Source: Bdellovibrionales bacterium (GTDB taxonomy: Bacteria > Bdellovibrionota > Bdellovibrionia > Bdellovibrionales > UBA1609). From it: a stretch of DNA of 64,000 nucleotides. The stretch covers positions 1,760,001-1,824,000 of the forward strand of contig CBDCMT010000001.1 in NCBI GenBank assembly GCA_965219095.1, read 5' to 3'. Numbering within the stretch: the stretch's first letter is position 1; every line of letters begins with the position of its first letter. Under the pieces are notes generated by a model, which saw only the letters and a list, made by a program, of their open reading frames with translations, searched no databases and was not told the origin of the DNA. Made by a program: the position numbers and the translations under genes. This document shows positions 1 to 10,336 of the stretch, in pieces.

Positions 1-324
1 TTTTATACCTGTTTGAGGATTTCATGGATAAAAATTTAATGAGCTTAGCCCATTTTAGAGAAGAGAGATTGTAGTTTTTAAAAAACAAAAAAGGGAGTAA
101 AAACAAGTGATGAATTGATGATGAGAACTCCACAGTGAAAAAATATTTTTAAGCGTTATAACTTATTGAAATTATTTATTTTTTAGCTATCTTCTGCAAA
201 TTTAAAAAACCTGCCTGACCCCTATTTCAGCTTTTTTAAAAACTCTTAAGCTAAAGGGTTAAAAAAAAATAAAAAACTATCACTTAAGTTAGAAATTAAA
301 AGAATAAAAAAGAAAGGTTTATTT

Positions 325-573
325 ATGAAAAGAAATAAATTAAATAAAGACATAAAAAGAAAAGGAATAAAAGTTAAGAAGAAAGTAGCACGTCTTATTC
401 TTGAAAAACGTACTTTTTTAAAATCAAAAGATCTTTTAAAAAAAGCTAATCAAAGCCCTTACGATAAGAAAGTAAAACCAAAAGACCTTGTTCAAAAATC
501 CATTTCTCTTATCACTGATGAACATTTTTTTGAACTCAAAAACGCAAAACACCTTCAAATCAAGATCATATAG
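325..573 (+). CDS. Hypothetical basic protein, possibly a relic
   Basis: ORF with AAAGG upstream; no recognisable motif. Confidence 0.3.
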   Translation: MKRNKLNKDIKRKGIKVKKKVARLILEKRTFLKSKDLLKKANQSPYDKKVKPKDLVQKSISLITDEHFFELKNAKHLQIKII

Positions 574-575
574 AC

Positions 576-826
576 ATGAAATTTAAACAGTACAAAAAAC
601 AAAAAAAGAGTTTAAAGCTTCTTATGAAGATAGAAGGAGAATCTCAAGACCTTGTAAGCCTAAAAGCTCAAAGCCAAATTCTTCAAGGAAGTGCTATAAA
701 AACAGACTTAAAGAATCTTTTTGAGACCAAAATGAAGATCGAACATGATGTTTTTAAGAGCTTAAAAGTAGGTCAGGCTGTACTCATTGATAAGATCAAA
801 ACTTCACAAGATTTGTTTCAAATTTT
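576..826 (+). pseudogene. Internally deleted remnant of a VirD4/TraD coupling protein
   Basis: NLFETKMKIEHDVFKSLKVGQAVLIDKIKTSQDLFQI and QDLVSLKAQ closely match the intact gene at 39693..41321; cut by the IS66 end at 827. Confidence 0.85.
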
Positions 827-1496
827 GTAACTGCTCACCTACATTGTTCATTTATCCCTAACTTTAGACCTGTTTTAAGATAAAAGTCTTGCTCTTACAG
901 ATTTTCTTTTAAATACTTTTTTCAAATGACAATAAATAAGACCTCCATCAGAAATGAGATTGAAAATATAAGAAGTGACTTTGATAAGCTTGCAAAGAAA
1001 GGTTCTGTGCCTACTGAGATTTCTGTGATTGTTGAATCCCTCTTTAAGGTCATGAACATTCTGATTGTTGTGCTTTTAGAAAAACAGGTTCGAAAAAATT
1101 CCAGCAACAGCGGTCTTCCTTCTTCGCAAGATTTTAGTCGTCAAGGGAATCGTAAGGCTTAAAAGAGCTTCCAGAATTTCCTAAGAAAAATGGCAAGAAA
1201 GGACGACTAAAGCATACACAAGCTCAGAACCTTTGGCTGCGATTTAAAAAGTATGAAGCAGAAATACTGTGTTTTTCTAAAAGAAAGAACGTAGATCCTA
1301 CTAATAACAGAGTTGAAAGAGATCTAAGAATGACTAAGGTGAAAAAGAAAGTGTCAGGGTGTTTCAGAACAGAAGAAATGGCGAAATATTTTTGTCGTAT
1401 TACCAGCTATGTTAAAACAATGAGAAATAGAGGATATTCTTCTTTAGAAGCGATCTCTATGGCTTTAAATAAAAACTTACGAGAGTGAGCAGTTAC
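827..1496 (+). mobile_element. Internally deleted IS66-family element
   Basis: Perfect 12-bp TIRs GTAACTGCTCAC (827-838) and GTGAGCAGTTAC (1485-1496); N-terminal KNSSNSGLPSSQD and C-terminal PTNNRVERDLRMTKVKKKVSGCFRT IS66 transposase motifs; no TSD seen. Confidence 0.85.
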
Positions 1497-1623
1497 GATT
1501 CAAGATAATTTGAATTGATTTTTAGGAGGGTTAACTTAGGGCGTCATGAATTTAAAAAAGGTTCAAGATAACTTAAGTTGACTTAAAGATTTAAAATGAC
1601 TTAAAATTTATAGGATTTATGAA

Positions 1624-1693
1624 TAATGACAAGGCTTAGATGTTCCATCTATTCCCCCTAGGAGAAGAGACTGAAAACTAAACGGAAGCACTA
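1624..1693 (+). mobile_element. Degenerate 70-bp MITE copy
   Basis: Same length as, and alignable to, 17987..18056 and 62062..62131; ends in AAACGGAAGCACTA. Confidence 0.7.
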
Positions 1694-1710
1694 TTATATA
1701 GAGTAGAAAA

Positions 1711-2925
1711 ATGTCAGTAAAAATATGCAAAGTAAAGCTTCAGAATATTAGGTGCTTTAAAGAGGCTGAATTGTCTTTTGAAGATGACAAACAGAACTCG
1801 AAAAATTGGACGCTCCTTATTGGAAACAATGGCCAAGGAAAAACCACTTTTTTGAGGAGCATTGCTATGGGTTTGTGTCCAGCAGGCGAAGCTTCGGGGC
1901 TTCTTGCAGAGCTTCATAATGGCATACTCAGATCCGGTGAGAAAAAAGGTTTAATTGAAATTGAGCTAAAAGATCCAAACAAAACTTATAAAATTAGAAA
2001 TGAATTAGAGCTAAAAGGAAGTGAAGAAGTTCTAAAACAGACAGTTGAAGGGGGAGATAGAAAAGATTTTGAAAATGCCCTTTTTGTGGTAGCCTATGGC
2101 TCAGGACGTAGCATTGAAGGAACAGAGTCTTATTTAGAGTATGCTATTGTGGATTCAGTTTATGGGCTTTTTAACTCCACTTATACCCTTCAAAATGCTG
2201 AGCTTTCGGCACGAAGACTTTCAACAGATGAAAAGGGAGAAGAAAAACTTTTTGAATTACTAAAAAAAGTTTTACGTCTAGAAGACAACGATAGAATCGT
2301 TTTGAAAACGAATGGTCTTTTTATTAAGAGTATTTGGGGGGAGATTCCTTTTCAAGCTTTAAGTGATGGGTACAAATCTGTTACAACAACTATTTTAGAT
2401 TTTTTAAGTTGGAAGCAACTTCAAGAGAAGCAAGGAATGAAGGAAGACATTTCAGGGATTTTTATCCTTGATGAAGTCGAGCAACACCTTCATCCAAGTT
2501 GGCAGAGAGAAATCATAAAAATTTTATCAAAGATATTTCCTAAAGTGCAATTTATAGGGGCCACCCATGCTCCTATATGTGCTTTGGGATCGGCTGATGT
2601 AGAAAGTACACAGATTGCAAAAACTTCTTATGTAAATGGATATAGTGAAATAGAACCTTTTGATCTTCTCAAAGATTATAAAGGTTACCGAGTTGATCAA
2701 ATACTTACATCTCAACTATTTGATTTAAAGAGTTCTAGAAATATTGAAACACAACAAAAGCTTGATGAATATGCAGATCTTTATCTAAAAGAGAAGCTTA
2801 GCAATGAAGACGATAAGAGAAAAAAAGAGTTACAAAAAGAGCTTAAAAAATTACCTCTCTGGGAAACTGAAAGGGACAAGCTTGTCTTAGAGAAACTTTC
2901 AAAATCCTTAGGCTCACAAAACTAG
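1711..2925 (+). CDS. ABC/AAA_21-type ATPase, Septu PtuA-like
   Basis: Walker A GNNGQGKT, signature LSDGY, Walker B ILDEVEQHLHP, H-loop ATHAP, followed by an HNH gene. Confidence 0.85.
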   Translation: MSVKICKVKLQNIRCFKEAELSFEDDKQNSKNWTLLIGNNGQGKTTFLRSIAMGLCPAGEASGLLAELHNGILRSGEKKGLIEIELKDPNKTYKIRNELELKGSEEVLKQTVEGGDRKDFENALFVVAYGSGRSIEGTESYLEYAIVDSVYGLFNSTYTLQNAELSARRLSTDEKGEEKLFELLKKVLRLEDNDRIVLKTNGLFIKSIWGEIPFQALSDGYKSVTTTILDFLSWKQLQEKQGMKEDISGIFILDEVEQHLHPSWQREIIKILSKIFPKVQFIGATHAPICALGSADVESTQIAKTSYVNGYSEIEPFDLLKDYKGYRVDQILTSQLFDLKSSRNIETQQKLDEYADLYLKEKLSNEDDKRKKELQKELKKLPLWETERDKLVLEKLSKSLGSQN

Positions 2926-2933
2926 GAAGCTAA

Positions 2934-3662
2934 ATGATAAAAATTGAAAAAGGTACCCCTCCAACAAACACAAAGCTAGAGCAAAGCACATTGAGTCGTG
3001 AAGGAGCCAAAAAACCAGAGGAAATTAAACCTCTTTGGAAAGACCCTAAGATCAAAGAATTTCTAAGCGAAAGACAGCATGGAAAATGTTGCTATTGTGA
3101 AAGAAGAAGAGATGTGAGAAGAGAATCTGACGTGGAGCATTTCCGTCCGAAAAATGCTGTGGAAGAAGATCCAAATCATAAAGGATACTGGTGGCTTGCT
3201 CATGATTGGGACAATCTTTTGGTTTCATGTAAAAGTTGCAATCAGGAACATAAAAAAACACAGTTTCCCTTAAAAGAAGGTTCTCCTCGTGCTGACAGTA
3301 AAAATCGTGATTTAACACAAGAGAAACCTCTTTTGATCAATCCCTTAGAAGAAGATCCAGAAAAGTCTATAGAATATGACCTTGATGATTGTACTATGGT
3401 TAAGGCTATTGGCAAAAATGAGAAGGGAGAAAGAACTATTGAAATAACAGACTTGAACTCAACAGAAAAAATGAGAGAAAGACTAGAATTCAAAGAAACA
3501 TTAAAACTGATTTATGACATTCTTAAGAAAGATCCAATTAACAGCTATCAGAATCCGAGATCAGATCCTCCGGAGTTAGAAATTTATAGTAACCCTAATA
3601 GTCGATTTTGTGGTTTAGCAAAGTTCTTTTTAAAAAGTAAAAGAATTATACACTTAATATAA
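2934..3662 (+). CDS. HNH endonuclease, Septu PtuB/TIGR02646-like
   Basis: KCCYCE, DVEHFRPK, YWWLAHDWDNLLVSCKSCN, LLINP motifs. Confidence 0.88.
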   Translation: MIKIEKGTPPTNTKLEQSTLSREGAKKPEEIKPLWKDPKIKEFLSERQHGKCCYCERRRDVRRESDVEHFRPKNAVEEDPNHKGYWWLAHDWDNLLVSCKSCNQEHKKTQFPLKEGSPRADSKNRDLTQEKPLLINPLEEDPEKSIEYDLDDCTMVKAIGKNEKGERTIEITDLNSTEKMRERLEFKETLKLIYDILKKDPINSYQNPRSDPPELEIYSNPNSRFCGLAKFFLKSKRIIHLI

Positions 3663-4810
3663 TGAAACCCTCCTTTCTTTCATTCAAAGAAGTTGTGAAA
3701 ACTCCCTGTTTTATTTTTAATAAAGAAAAATTAATAGAGAACCTTTCTTTTTACAAAATCTTTAAAAAAAAATCTTGCTTTAAACTTTTGTACTCGTTAA
3801 AGTCTCTCTCCCTTATTGAGGCTCTTGAGATTATCTCAGAGCATGTGGATGGCTTTTCTGTAAGCTCACTTTTTGAAGCTAAACTTGCTCAAAAGATAAA
3901 AAAGAAAGGCCAAACAATTCATTTTGTATCTCCTAGAATTAAAAAAGAAGAGCTAGATGAACTTACCTCTCTTTGTCATTTTATCTCCTTTAACTCGCTA
4001 GATCAATTTTTGAGATTTTCTAAAAGCACAAGTTCAAGCATAGGGCTAAGAATTAACCCTGATATTTCTTTTTTAAAAGACGAAAGATATGACTCTTGTA
4101 GAAAATTTTCGAAGTTAGGAGAAAGCTTTGAGAATTTGAAAGCAAATTTTACAAATTCAAATTTAAAAAATGTTCATGGGCTTCATTTCCATAATAACTG
4201 TGAAAGCGAAAATTTTTTAGAACTTACCGAAACTTTTTCAAAAATAGAGACTCAACTAAAAGATATGTTTATAAATTTAAAATGGCTTAATCTTGGAGGG
4301 GGATATTTTGTTAAAAATTTGAGAGCTTCTGCTCCTTTATTGGAACTTCTTAGTTATTTAAATAAAAATTATGAATTTAATATCATTCTAGAACCCGGCG
4401 CAGATATTGTAAGAAGCGCTGGTTTTCTTGTGGGATCTGTGATTGATCTTATAAAAAGAGACCGAAAAAGCATTGCTATCCTAGATACAACAGTAAATCA
4501 TCTTCCAGAAGTTTTTGAATATCAATACGAACCTGATGTTTTGGGACATAAAAAAGAAGCTCCTTATGAGTACATTCTAGCTGGTTGCAGTTGTCTTAGC
4601 GGAGACTTGTTTGGCTCTTATCAATTTGAAGAACCTCTAAAAATAGGCTCCCAAATCATCTTCCAAAATGTCGGGAGCTACTCTCTAGTGAAAGCTCATA
4701 TGTTTAATGGCATAAACCTCCCTGATATTTACTTAGTCGAGGGATCTAGTTTTAAACATGTGAAGAGCTTTGACTTTGAAGACTATTTAAGCCAGCATGG
4801 CAATAGATGA
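3662..4810 (+). CDS. nspC: Carboxy(nor)spermidine decarboxylase-like PLP enzyme (fold type III)
   Basis: TPCF, YSLKS (PLP lysine), GLRINP, GLHFHNNCE, NLGGG, LEPG, GCSCLSGDLFG, YSLVKAHMFNGINLP; start overlaps the HNH stop (TAATG). Confidence 0.8.
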   Translation: MKPSFLSFKEVVKTPCFIFNKEKLIENLSFYKIFKKKSCFKLLYSLKSLSLIEALEIISEHVDGFSVSSLFEAKLAQKIKKKGQTIHFVSPRIKKEELDELTSLCHFISFNSLDQFLRFSKSTSSSIGLRINPDISFLKDERYDSCRKFSKLGESFENLKANFTNSNLKNVHGLHFHNNCESENFLELTETFSKIETQLKDMFINLKWLNLGGGYFVKNLRASAPLLELLSYLNKNYEFNIILEPGADIVRSAGFLVGSVIDLIKRDRKSIAILDTTVNHLPEVFEYQYEPDVLGHKKEAPYEYILAGCSCLSGDLFGSYQFEEPLKIGSQIIFQNVGSYSLVKAHMFNGINLPDIYLVEGSSFKHVKSFDFEDYLSQHGNR

Positions 4811-6198
4811 GGCTTTTTGAAAAAGAAATCTTACTATCAGATAGAAAAAAAAATAAAAGTGATCTTTTTTATTTGAAAAAAGATTTGACAGAGAAACTAG
4901 AAAAAGACAGCCTTTTTCCCATACGAGTAGCTGTTACTTCTAGTAATGAAAATTTGCTTAAATGTGAGGTTGGTGTTGTTGAAAAAAGCGAAGATTTTTG
5001 TAAAACAAAAGACAGCTTATTTGATTTTGAAAGGAGGAAGTTTGAAAATACTGGAAAGTTTAATGTTGTTTTTCTAGTTCCCACAGGAATAGGAGCTGAA
5101 ATTGGAGGTCATGCAGGAGATGCAACTCCTGTGGCGAAGTTGCTATCTTCTGTTTGTGATAATTTGATCACTCATCCTAACGTTTTTAATGGCTCAGACA
5201 TCAATGAAATGACTGAAAACAGCTTGTATGTTGAGGGGAGTATTATTTGTAGGCTTTTAATGGGAACAGCGGGGTTACAACCTGTTCGTGCAAATAGAGT
5301 CTTAGCAGTGATAGGTCAAAATGAACACAGTATTTTTGAAAGTTCTGCCGTTAACTCTGTTAATGCTGCTAGAGCGACATTAGGTTTAGATTGCCCCAAA
5401 ATTTTAAAAAGCTCCTCTTTAACGAAGATGTCTTCTTTTTACTCTTCCTCTGAAAGAGCTGTAGGAGTCGTTGAGAATATAAACAGCTTGTTTTCTCTTC
5501 TTGAAAAGGAAACAAAAAATTTTGATGCAATTGCTATATCTTCAGTTATAAAAGTACCTAAAAACTATCATATTGATTACTTCAAAAGTTGGGGAAAAAT
5601 GATCAATCCTTGGGGGGGAGTTGAGGCCATGTTGACTCATGCACTCTCTTATAAATTTAATGTTCCTTCTGCTCATGCTCCTATGTTTGAATCTCCTGAA
5701 ATTGCCAATATGGACACAGGAATTGTTGATGTAAGAGCTGCCTCTGAGGCAGTTTCTACTACTTTTTTCCATTCTGTCCTTAAAGGACTTCATAAAAGCC
5801 CAAAAGTCATTACAGATAGAAAAGTTTTTAATTCTCATGATATTTTATCTGCAAAAGATATTTCTTGTCTTGTAATTCCTGATGGCTGTTTAGGTTTACC
5901 AACTTTAGCAGCACTGGAGCAAGGGATAAAAGTCATTGCTGTAAAAGAAAATCAAACTCTTATGAAAAACAATTTGGAAAAACTTTCTTGGAGAAAGGGA
6001 CAGTTTTTTCAAGCTGAAAATTATTTAGAGGCTGTCGGGCTATTGAACTCTATAAAAACTGGAATCAATGTGACTTCCGTTAGAAGACCTTTTAAGACTT
6101 TAAAGTTATTTAATTCTGAAAAGCAGATTAAAATAGATAAAGATAATAAAGGCGAAGAGGTTAGGGCATCTCCTTATTTCACTAGACCTTTATTTTGA
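4807..6198 (+). CDS. DUF3326-like protein with N-terminal extension
   Basis: VPTGIGAEIGGHAGDA, LITHPNVFNG, LYVEG, AARATLGL, NPWGGVEAMLTH, PSAHAP recall the DUF3326 consensus; ATGA overlap with nspC. Confidence 0.75.
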   Translation: MRLFEKEILLSDRKKNKSDLFYLKKDLTEKLEKDSLFPIRVAVTSSNENLLKCEVGVVEKSEDFCKTKDSLFDFERRKFENTGKFNVVFLVPTGIGAEIGGHAGDATPVAKLLSSVCDNLITHPNVFNGSDINEMTENSLYVEGSIICRLLMGTAGLQPVRANRVLAVIGQNEHSIFESSAVNSVNAARATLGLDCPKILKSSSLTKMSSFYSSSERAVGVVENINSLFSLLEKETKNFDAIAISSVIKVPKNYHIDYFKSWGKMINPWGGVEAMLTHALSYKFNVPSAHAPMFESPEIANMDTGIVDVRAASEAVSTTFFHSVLKGLHKSPKVITDRKVFNSHDILSAKDISCLVIPDGCLGLPTLAALEQGIKVIAVKENQTLMKNNLEKLSWRKGQFFQAENYLEAVGLLNSIKTGINVTSVRRPFKTLKLFNSEKQIKIDKDNKGEEVRASPYFTRPLF

Positions 6199-6199
6199 A

Positions 6200-6320
6200 A
6201 TTTAAGCCAAATAAATGTATAGCCCGAGTTTGAAATTAACAATAGACCTATGAAATATTTTGACTGGAGGACTCCTTATGAAATTATGATGGAGTAGGTT
6301 GCACTAGCAAATTGCAGTTA
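6200..6320 (+). pseudogene. IS30-family transposase 3' remnant
   Basis: Translates as EINNRPMKYFDWRTPYE, followed by a GTTGCACT terminal-like sequence. Confidence 0.6.
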
Positions 6321-6377
6321 GGGAGTTTTAAATTATGCCAAAAAAGAAATTTTTGAAAAAAAAGGAAAAAACAACCC

Positions 6378-6462
6378 CTAAAGAAAATTAAAAAAAATAC
6401 CGAAGAGGATGGCAAGCAACAGTGATGATTTAGATCGTTCGGTTTATTAGGAGACTCAGATC
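6378..6462 (+). repeat. Segment homologous to ICE sequence 51668..51751
   Basis: Direct alignment, e.g. GAAGAGGATGGCAAGCAACAGTGATGATTTAGATCG vs GAAGAGGATGGTAAGCAATAGTGATGACCTAGATCG. Confidence 0.85.
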
Positions 6463-6469
6463 CCTTATC

Positions 6470-6482
6470 GGTGAGCAGTTAC
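6470..6482. mobile_element. Solo IS66 terminal inverted repeat
   Basis: GGTGAGCAGTTAC, the reverse complement of the end at 827-839. Confidence 0.65.
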
Positions 6483-6842
6483 TGCGAAACAAAGAAAGGT
6501 CGCTTAAACATGAAATCGCCCTCTAAAATTCCACCGAGAAATGAGACATCCTCCTAACCTTGGGGGGGAGCCCTGTGGTTTTCAGGCAAGCATGAATCTT
6601 CTTGAGCCTAGGCACAGGTATAATTTTCAATATAAAGTCATAGACTTTTTTACAAAAAATCGGCAATTTTTTCATCTTTATAAGCTCAACTGTTAAGTTA
6701 TTAAGTGATACTTCCGTAAAGTAATTATGGAAAGGTTCATGACACTTTAAGTTGACTTTAGTAAAGATTAACTTATTGTTATGAACCTATGGAAATAAAT
6801 AGATTTGAATAGCTTTAACTTTATTGACAGAAAAATTTAAAA

Positions 6843-8098
6843 ATGAAGAATGATAGAAAAAAGTCTGTAAAAGAACGAGTTGCAAATTTATTTACATATG
6901 TAAAAGAAATTAAGTCACGACTAGAACCGCCAACTTTAGATGAATCTAAATATGAATGGAGATTAAAGCTAACTGATCTTCCAGACCATCCATATATTTT
7001 TACAAAGCCCACAGAAGATTACTTTTTTAAGGTTAAGCGTCCTAAAGTCATCGACTGCCCGACTCCCCCACAAGAAATTCAACAATGGATAAAGCCTTCA
7101 TGGAAATATATAGATAAGGAGTTAGATTACTTAAAGTCTAGAAATATTCTTAATGAAGATGAGACATCGACAACAATATACATAGAAGACTTCCCAGAGA
7201 TAGAAGCTAAAATCGAAACATTTAAAAAGACTAGAGATGATTGGAAAAAAGCTGAGTTCCCCAGCGAAGAAGTGAGGAAAGTATTCTCTATTCTTCATGA
7301 GGCAAAAGCTCGAATTGAGAGAGATAGTGACGGGATTCAGCTTTATCTTACAGAAGGTGTTTTGATATTTAATTATCAAAATATGAAAGTAAATCACCCC
7401 CTGCTCTTTAAAGAAATTGCTATTGAATTAGATGGGGAAAAGGATGAGCCAGAAATTTCTATAACGAAGTCTTCTACAGATAGTGCTATGTTCATTTCAC
7501 TACTTCGAAAATTAGACGTAAGTGGAAGTATGCTGAATACATTAAAAGAAGAGTTTTCAAAGCTTGAAATAGATCCTGATGATGATAAAGAGAAGTTATT
7601 TTTAAAAAATTTGGTTCATAGATTATGGTCAGATGGAAAATTTTCAGAAAACAGAATCAGTCCAAGTGAGACACCGATTATTTTTTTAGAACAAAAACTG
7701 ATAATTGGACGCAAAGAAAGCTCTTTTTCAGAACAAATTGATAATTATATTAAAAAAATACATGAAATTGATGTGCTCCCTGTAGCGTATCAAAATATGG
7801 TTGGTTCTTTTGAAGAACCTAAAATGTCTTCTCTAAATGGAAATGGTTCTACTCCACAACTTCCTAAGAGTAAAAAAAGCTATTTTCTAACAAAAGAATA
7901 TAACATAGAACAAAAAAAAATAATTAATCTTTTGGAAGCTACAGGATGTGTAAGTGTTCAAGGGCCACCAGGGACAGGGAAGAGTCATACTATTGCAAAT
8001 CTTGTTGGACATCTTTTAGCAAAAGGTCAAAGTGTTTTAATTTCAGCACACAGATCAAAGGCTTTAGAGGTAATTAGAGATCAAGTTGTAGAAAGTAT
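6843..8098 (+). pseudogene. Superfamily I (Upf1/AAA_11-like) DNA helicase, 5' part, truncated by IS
   Basis: VQGPPGTGKSHTIANLVGHLLAKGQSVLISAH; the ORF runs into the IS TIR at 8099; the rest of the gene was not found. Confidence 0.8.
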
Positions 8099-9614
8099 CC
8101 TGAAATCTGTTAATTTTGGTACTAGGTTTTTATTCGGCCCTCGTAATGCTTCGCATTAGTCGGAGGGGATTTTACAACTTAAAGCTGTGTGGGATTTCTT
8201 GAGTCACATTAAAAGCTTTATAAAGGCTCTTTTGCTTACCGGACAACTCTCCTAATCTTGTTTGTCCTGTGGCCAATTTATAGAACTTTAATTTATCTAA
8301 AATTTTATAGACCTCTGTTTTTGAAAATTTCTTGTACAGATTCTTTTCTTTCATCACATTGTTTATGTGAGAGATTAAAATTAAAGCTATAAAGTTAATA
8401 AATAAACTTCCTCTCATGGTTTGTAGCGAATGAGTCCTCGCTCGCTTTTCATTTATATCATGCTTGAAAGACAAAAAAATCTTTTCAATGCTATCTTTGT
8501 TTCTATACAACCCTAAGATCTCATCTTTTGAAAGCTTTTGATCGCAATCGGTAAGTAAAATCAACACACCCATTTTTCGCATCTGCTTTTTAATATAATC
8601 CAAATCTTTCGAAATAAAAAAACTTCCCTTTTTCTTGACAACTGTAAAGCGCTTCTTGGCACTCTTTAAGGTTTCTGCTATGCACTCATCGCACTCTTTC
8701 TTTGTCCTAAATTTCTTCTTAGAAAATCTTCGCTCAAAACAATCCAACTTCAATAGCATTTCATTTTTTTTAGACACCCTTCTCTTTTCATCCAAATATA
8801 TATGAGCCATACAACGAGTCTTTCCAATTTTAATTTCTCGTCTGCAGTAAGAATAAACTTGACCACGGAATACAAACGAAGAGGGAATTGAATCAAGCTC
8901 CTTACTCACAGATCCCAATAAAGCATGGGATAGACTCGTACTAAAGCTCATAGGGACGATGTACGATGAAGCCTCCCTGTTTAAATCTTTTATGTTTTCT
9001 TGGCTGTAAAACCCTTTATCTAAAACAAAACACTTCAAATCTAAATCGTATTCCTTTTAAAAAAAGACAAATAAAGAACCTTCTCATATTCTTTCGGAAA
9101 AACTTTCTTTAACACCTTCACTAAATTTAATTGCTTGCTGATCTCTCGCAAAAGATGCACCCCCCCAACACCTACAGAACCTATAGGATGTTTGTTCAAC
9201 TTGGCTTCAAGCTTCCCCGTAGATTGATTCTTCTTGCCCAAATAAACTCTTCTCTGACGAGATTGTTTTTTTTCTTTGTCCCAGTAACTGCTTATCTCAT
9301 ACACATAGATGCTTCCATTTCTTTTCTCTTCATACCTATAAGACATAGTTCAAATTGAACTATGTTTTAGGGGCTTTGTCAACTCCCTGTTGATGGCTCA
9401 AAACTCTTAACGACAGGATCAAATTTCAATCCAAAAACAGAGCCTATGAAAAACATAGCTTTAAAAAGACCTATAAAAATAGTGTGTTATAAGTTCTCCA
9501 GAAAAACTCAATGAGACTAAATTAACTCGTTCTTATGATTTATCAGGAGTATTCTGTTGAAAAAAAACAGGCTCTTAGTCCTGAAACCTAGTACCAAAAT
9601 TAACAGATTTCAGG
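8099..9614 (-). mobile_element. IS1634-like element (IS4 superfamily) with split, internally deleted transposase (9041..9346 + 8172..9038)
   Basis: Perfect 31-bp TIRs CCTGAAATCTGTTAATTTTGGTACTAGGTTT at 8099-8129 and 9584-9614; VLDKGFYS and YRNKDSIEKIF motifs. Confidence 0.85.
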
Positions 9615-9774
9615 TAATGTAAGTCATGCGATTGAGAATTGAGGTTTTAATTTGTGCTCTAAGCTCATCTTACGAGTTAAAGCCAAAAACGATCTGAGTT
9701 TATATACACCACTCTGATTTTATACACCGCACTATTTATTGATTGTCTTATCAAACAAAAAAATTAAAAATCTA

Positions 9775-10162
9775 GGGCGTGTCCTCATTTGACTGGACCT
9801 TTGCTTTGAAGTTTAAGCCAAATAAACATACACGCTATAGATAGTATAGCTTTGAAATTTCTAGCAAGCTTTTCAAATCGAGTAGCAATGCCTCTAAAAT
9901 GTTTAAGACGAGCAAAAAGGTTTTCTATCTGATGTCGAGATTTATAAATATGACGATCAAAATCTTTATTTTTCTTTTTGCTATTTTTTCGTCTCGGTAT
10001 TACAGGCTTTATCTTCTTACTATGAGCTTTATCTCGTATCTCATCTGAATCATAGGCCTTATCAGCAATCAAATACTCACTATGAAACTCATCAATTAAA
10101 TCACCTGCAACTTGACTGTCGTGGACTTCACCCCCAGTGATTTTAAAACAGAGTGGGTGTCC
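9775..10162 (-). pseudogene. IS5-family transposase 3' fragment with right end
   Basis: IADKAYDS, YKSRHQIENLFARLKHFRGIATRFEK; end GGGCGTGTCCTCATT; near-identical to 14090..14480. Confidence 0.85.
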
Positions 10163-10336
10163 ATCGACGGAAGTTACGTATCGGTTCATCAGCATACTAG
10201 TGTTCTGACCAGTAAATTTTTTCACAATTTTCAAGACATGGTCATAGTTTTTAAAACATGCATTCGATAATTTGATCCTTCGTAATTGTTGCCAGACTTG
10301 TTCCATGGGATTTAATTCTGGACTATAAGGAGGTAA

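Noticed and set aside
1497..1710. Retron msr-msd or reverse transcriptase upstream of PtuAB
   Set aside because: No RT motifs anywhere in the window and no convincing a1/a2 inverted repeat; the region is AT-rich DNA plus a MITE
827..6482. IS66 composite transposon carrying the Septu-like operon
   Set aside because: The TIRs are correctly oriented, but the flanks CAAATTTT and TGCGAAAC do not form the expected 8-bp duplication
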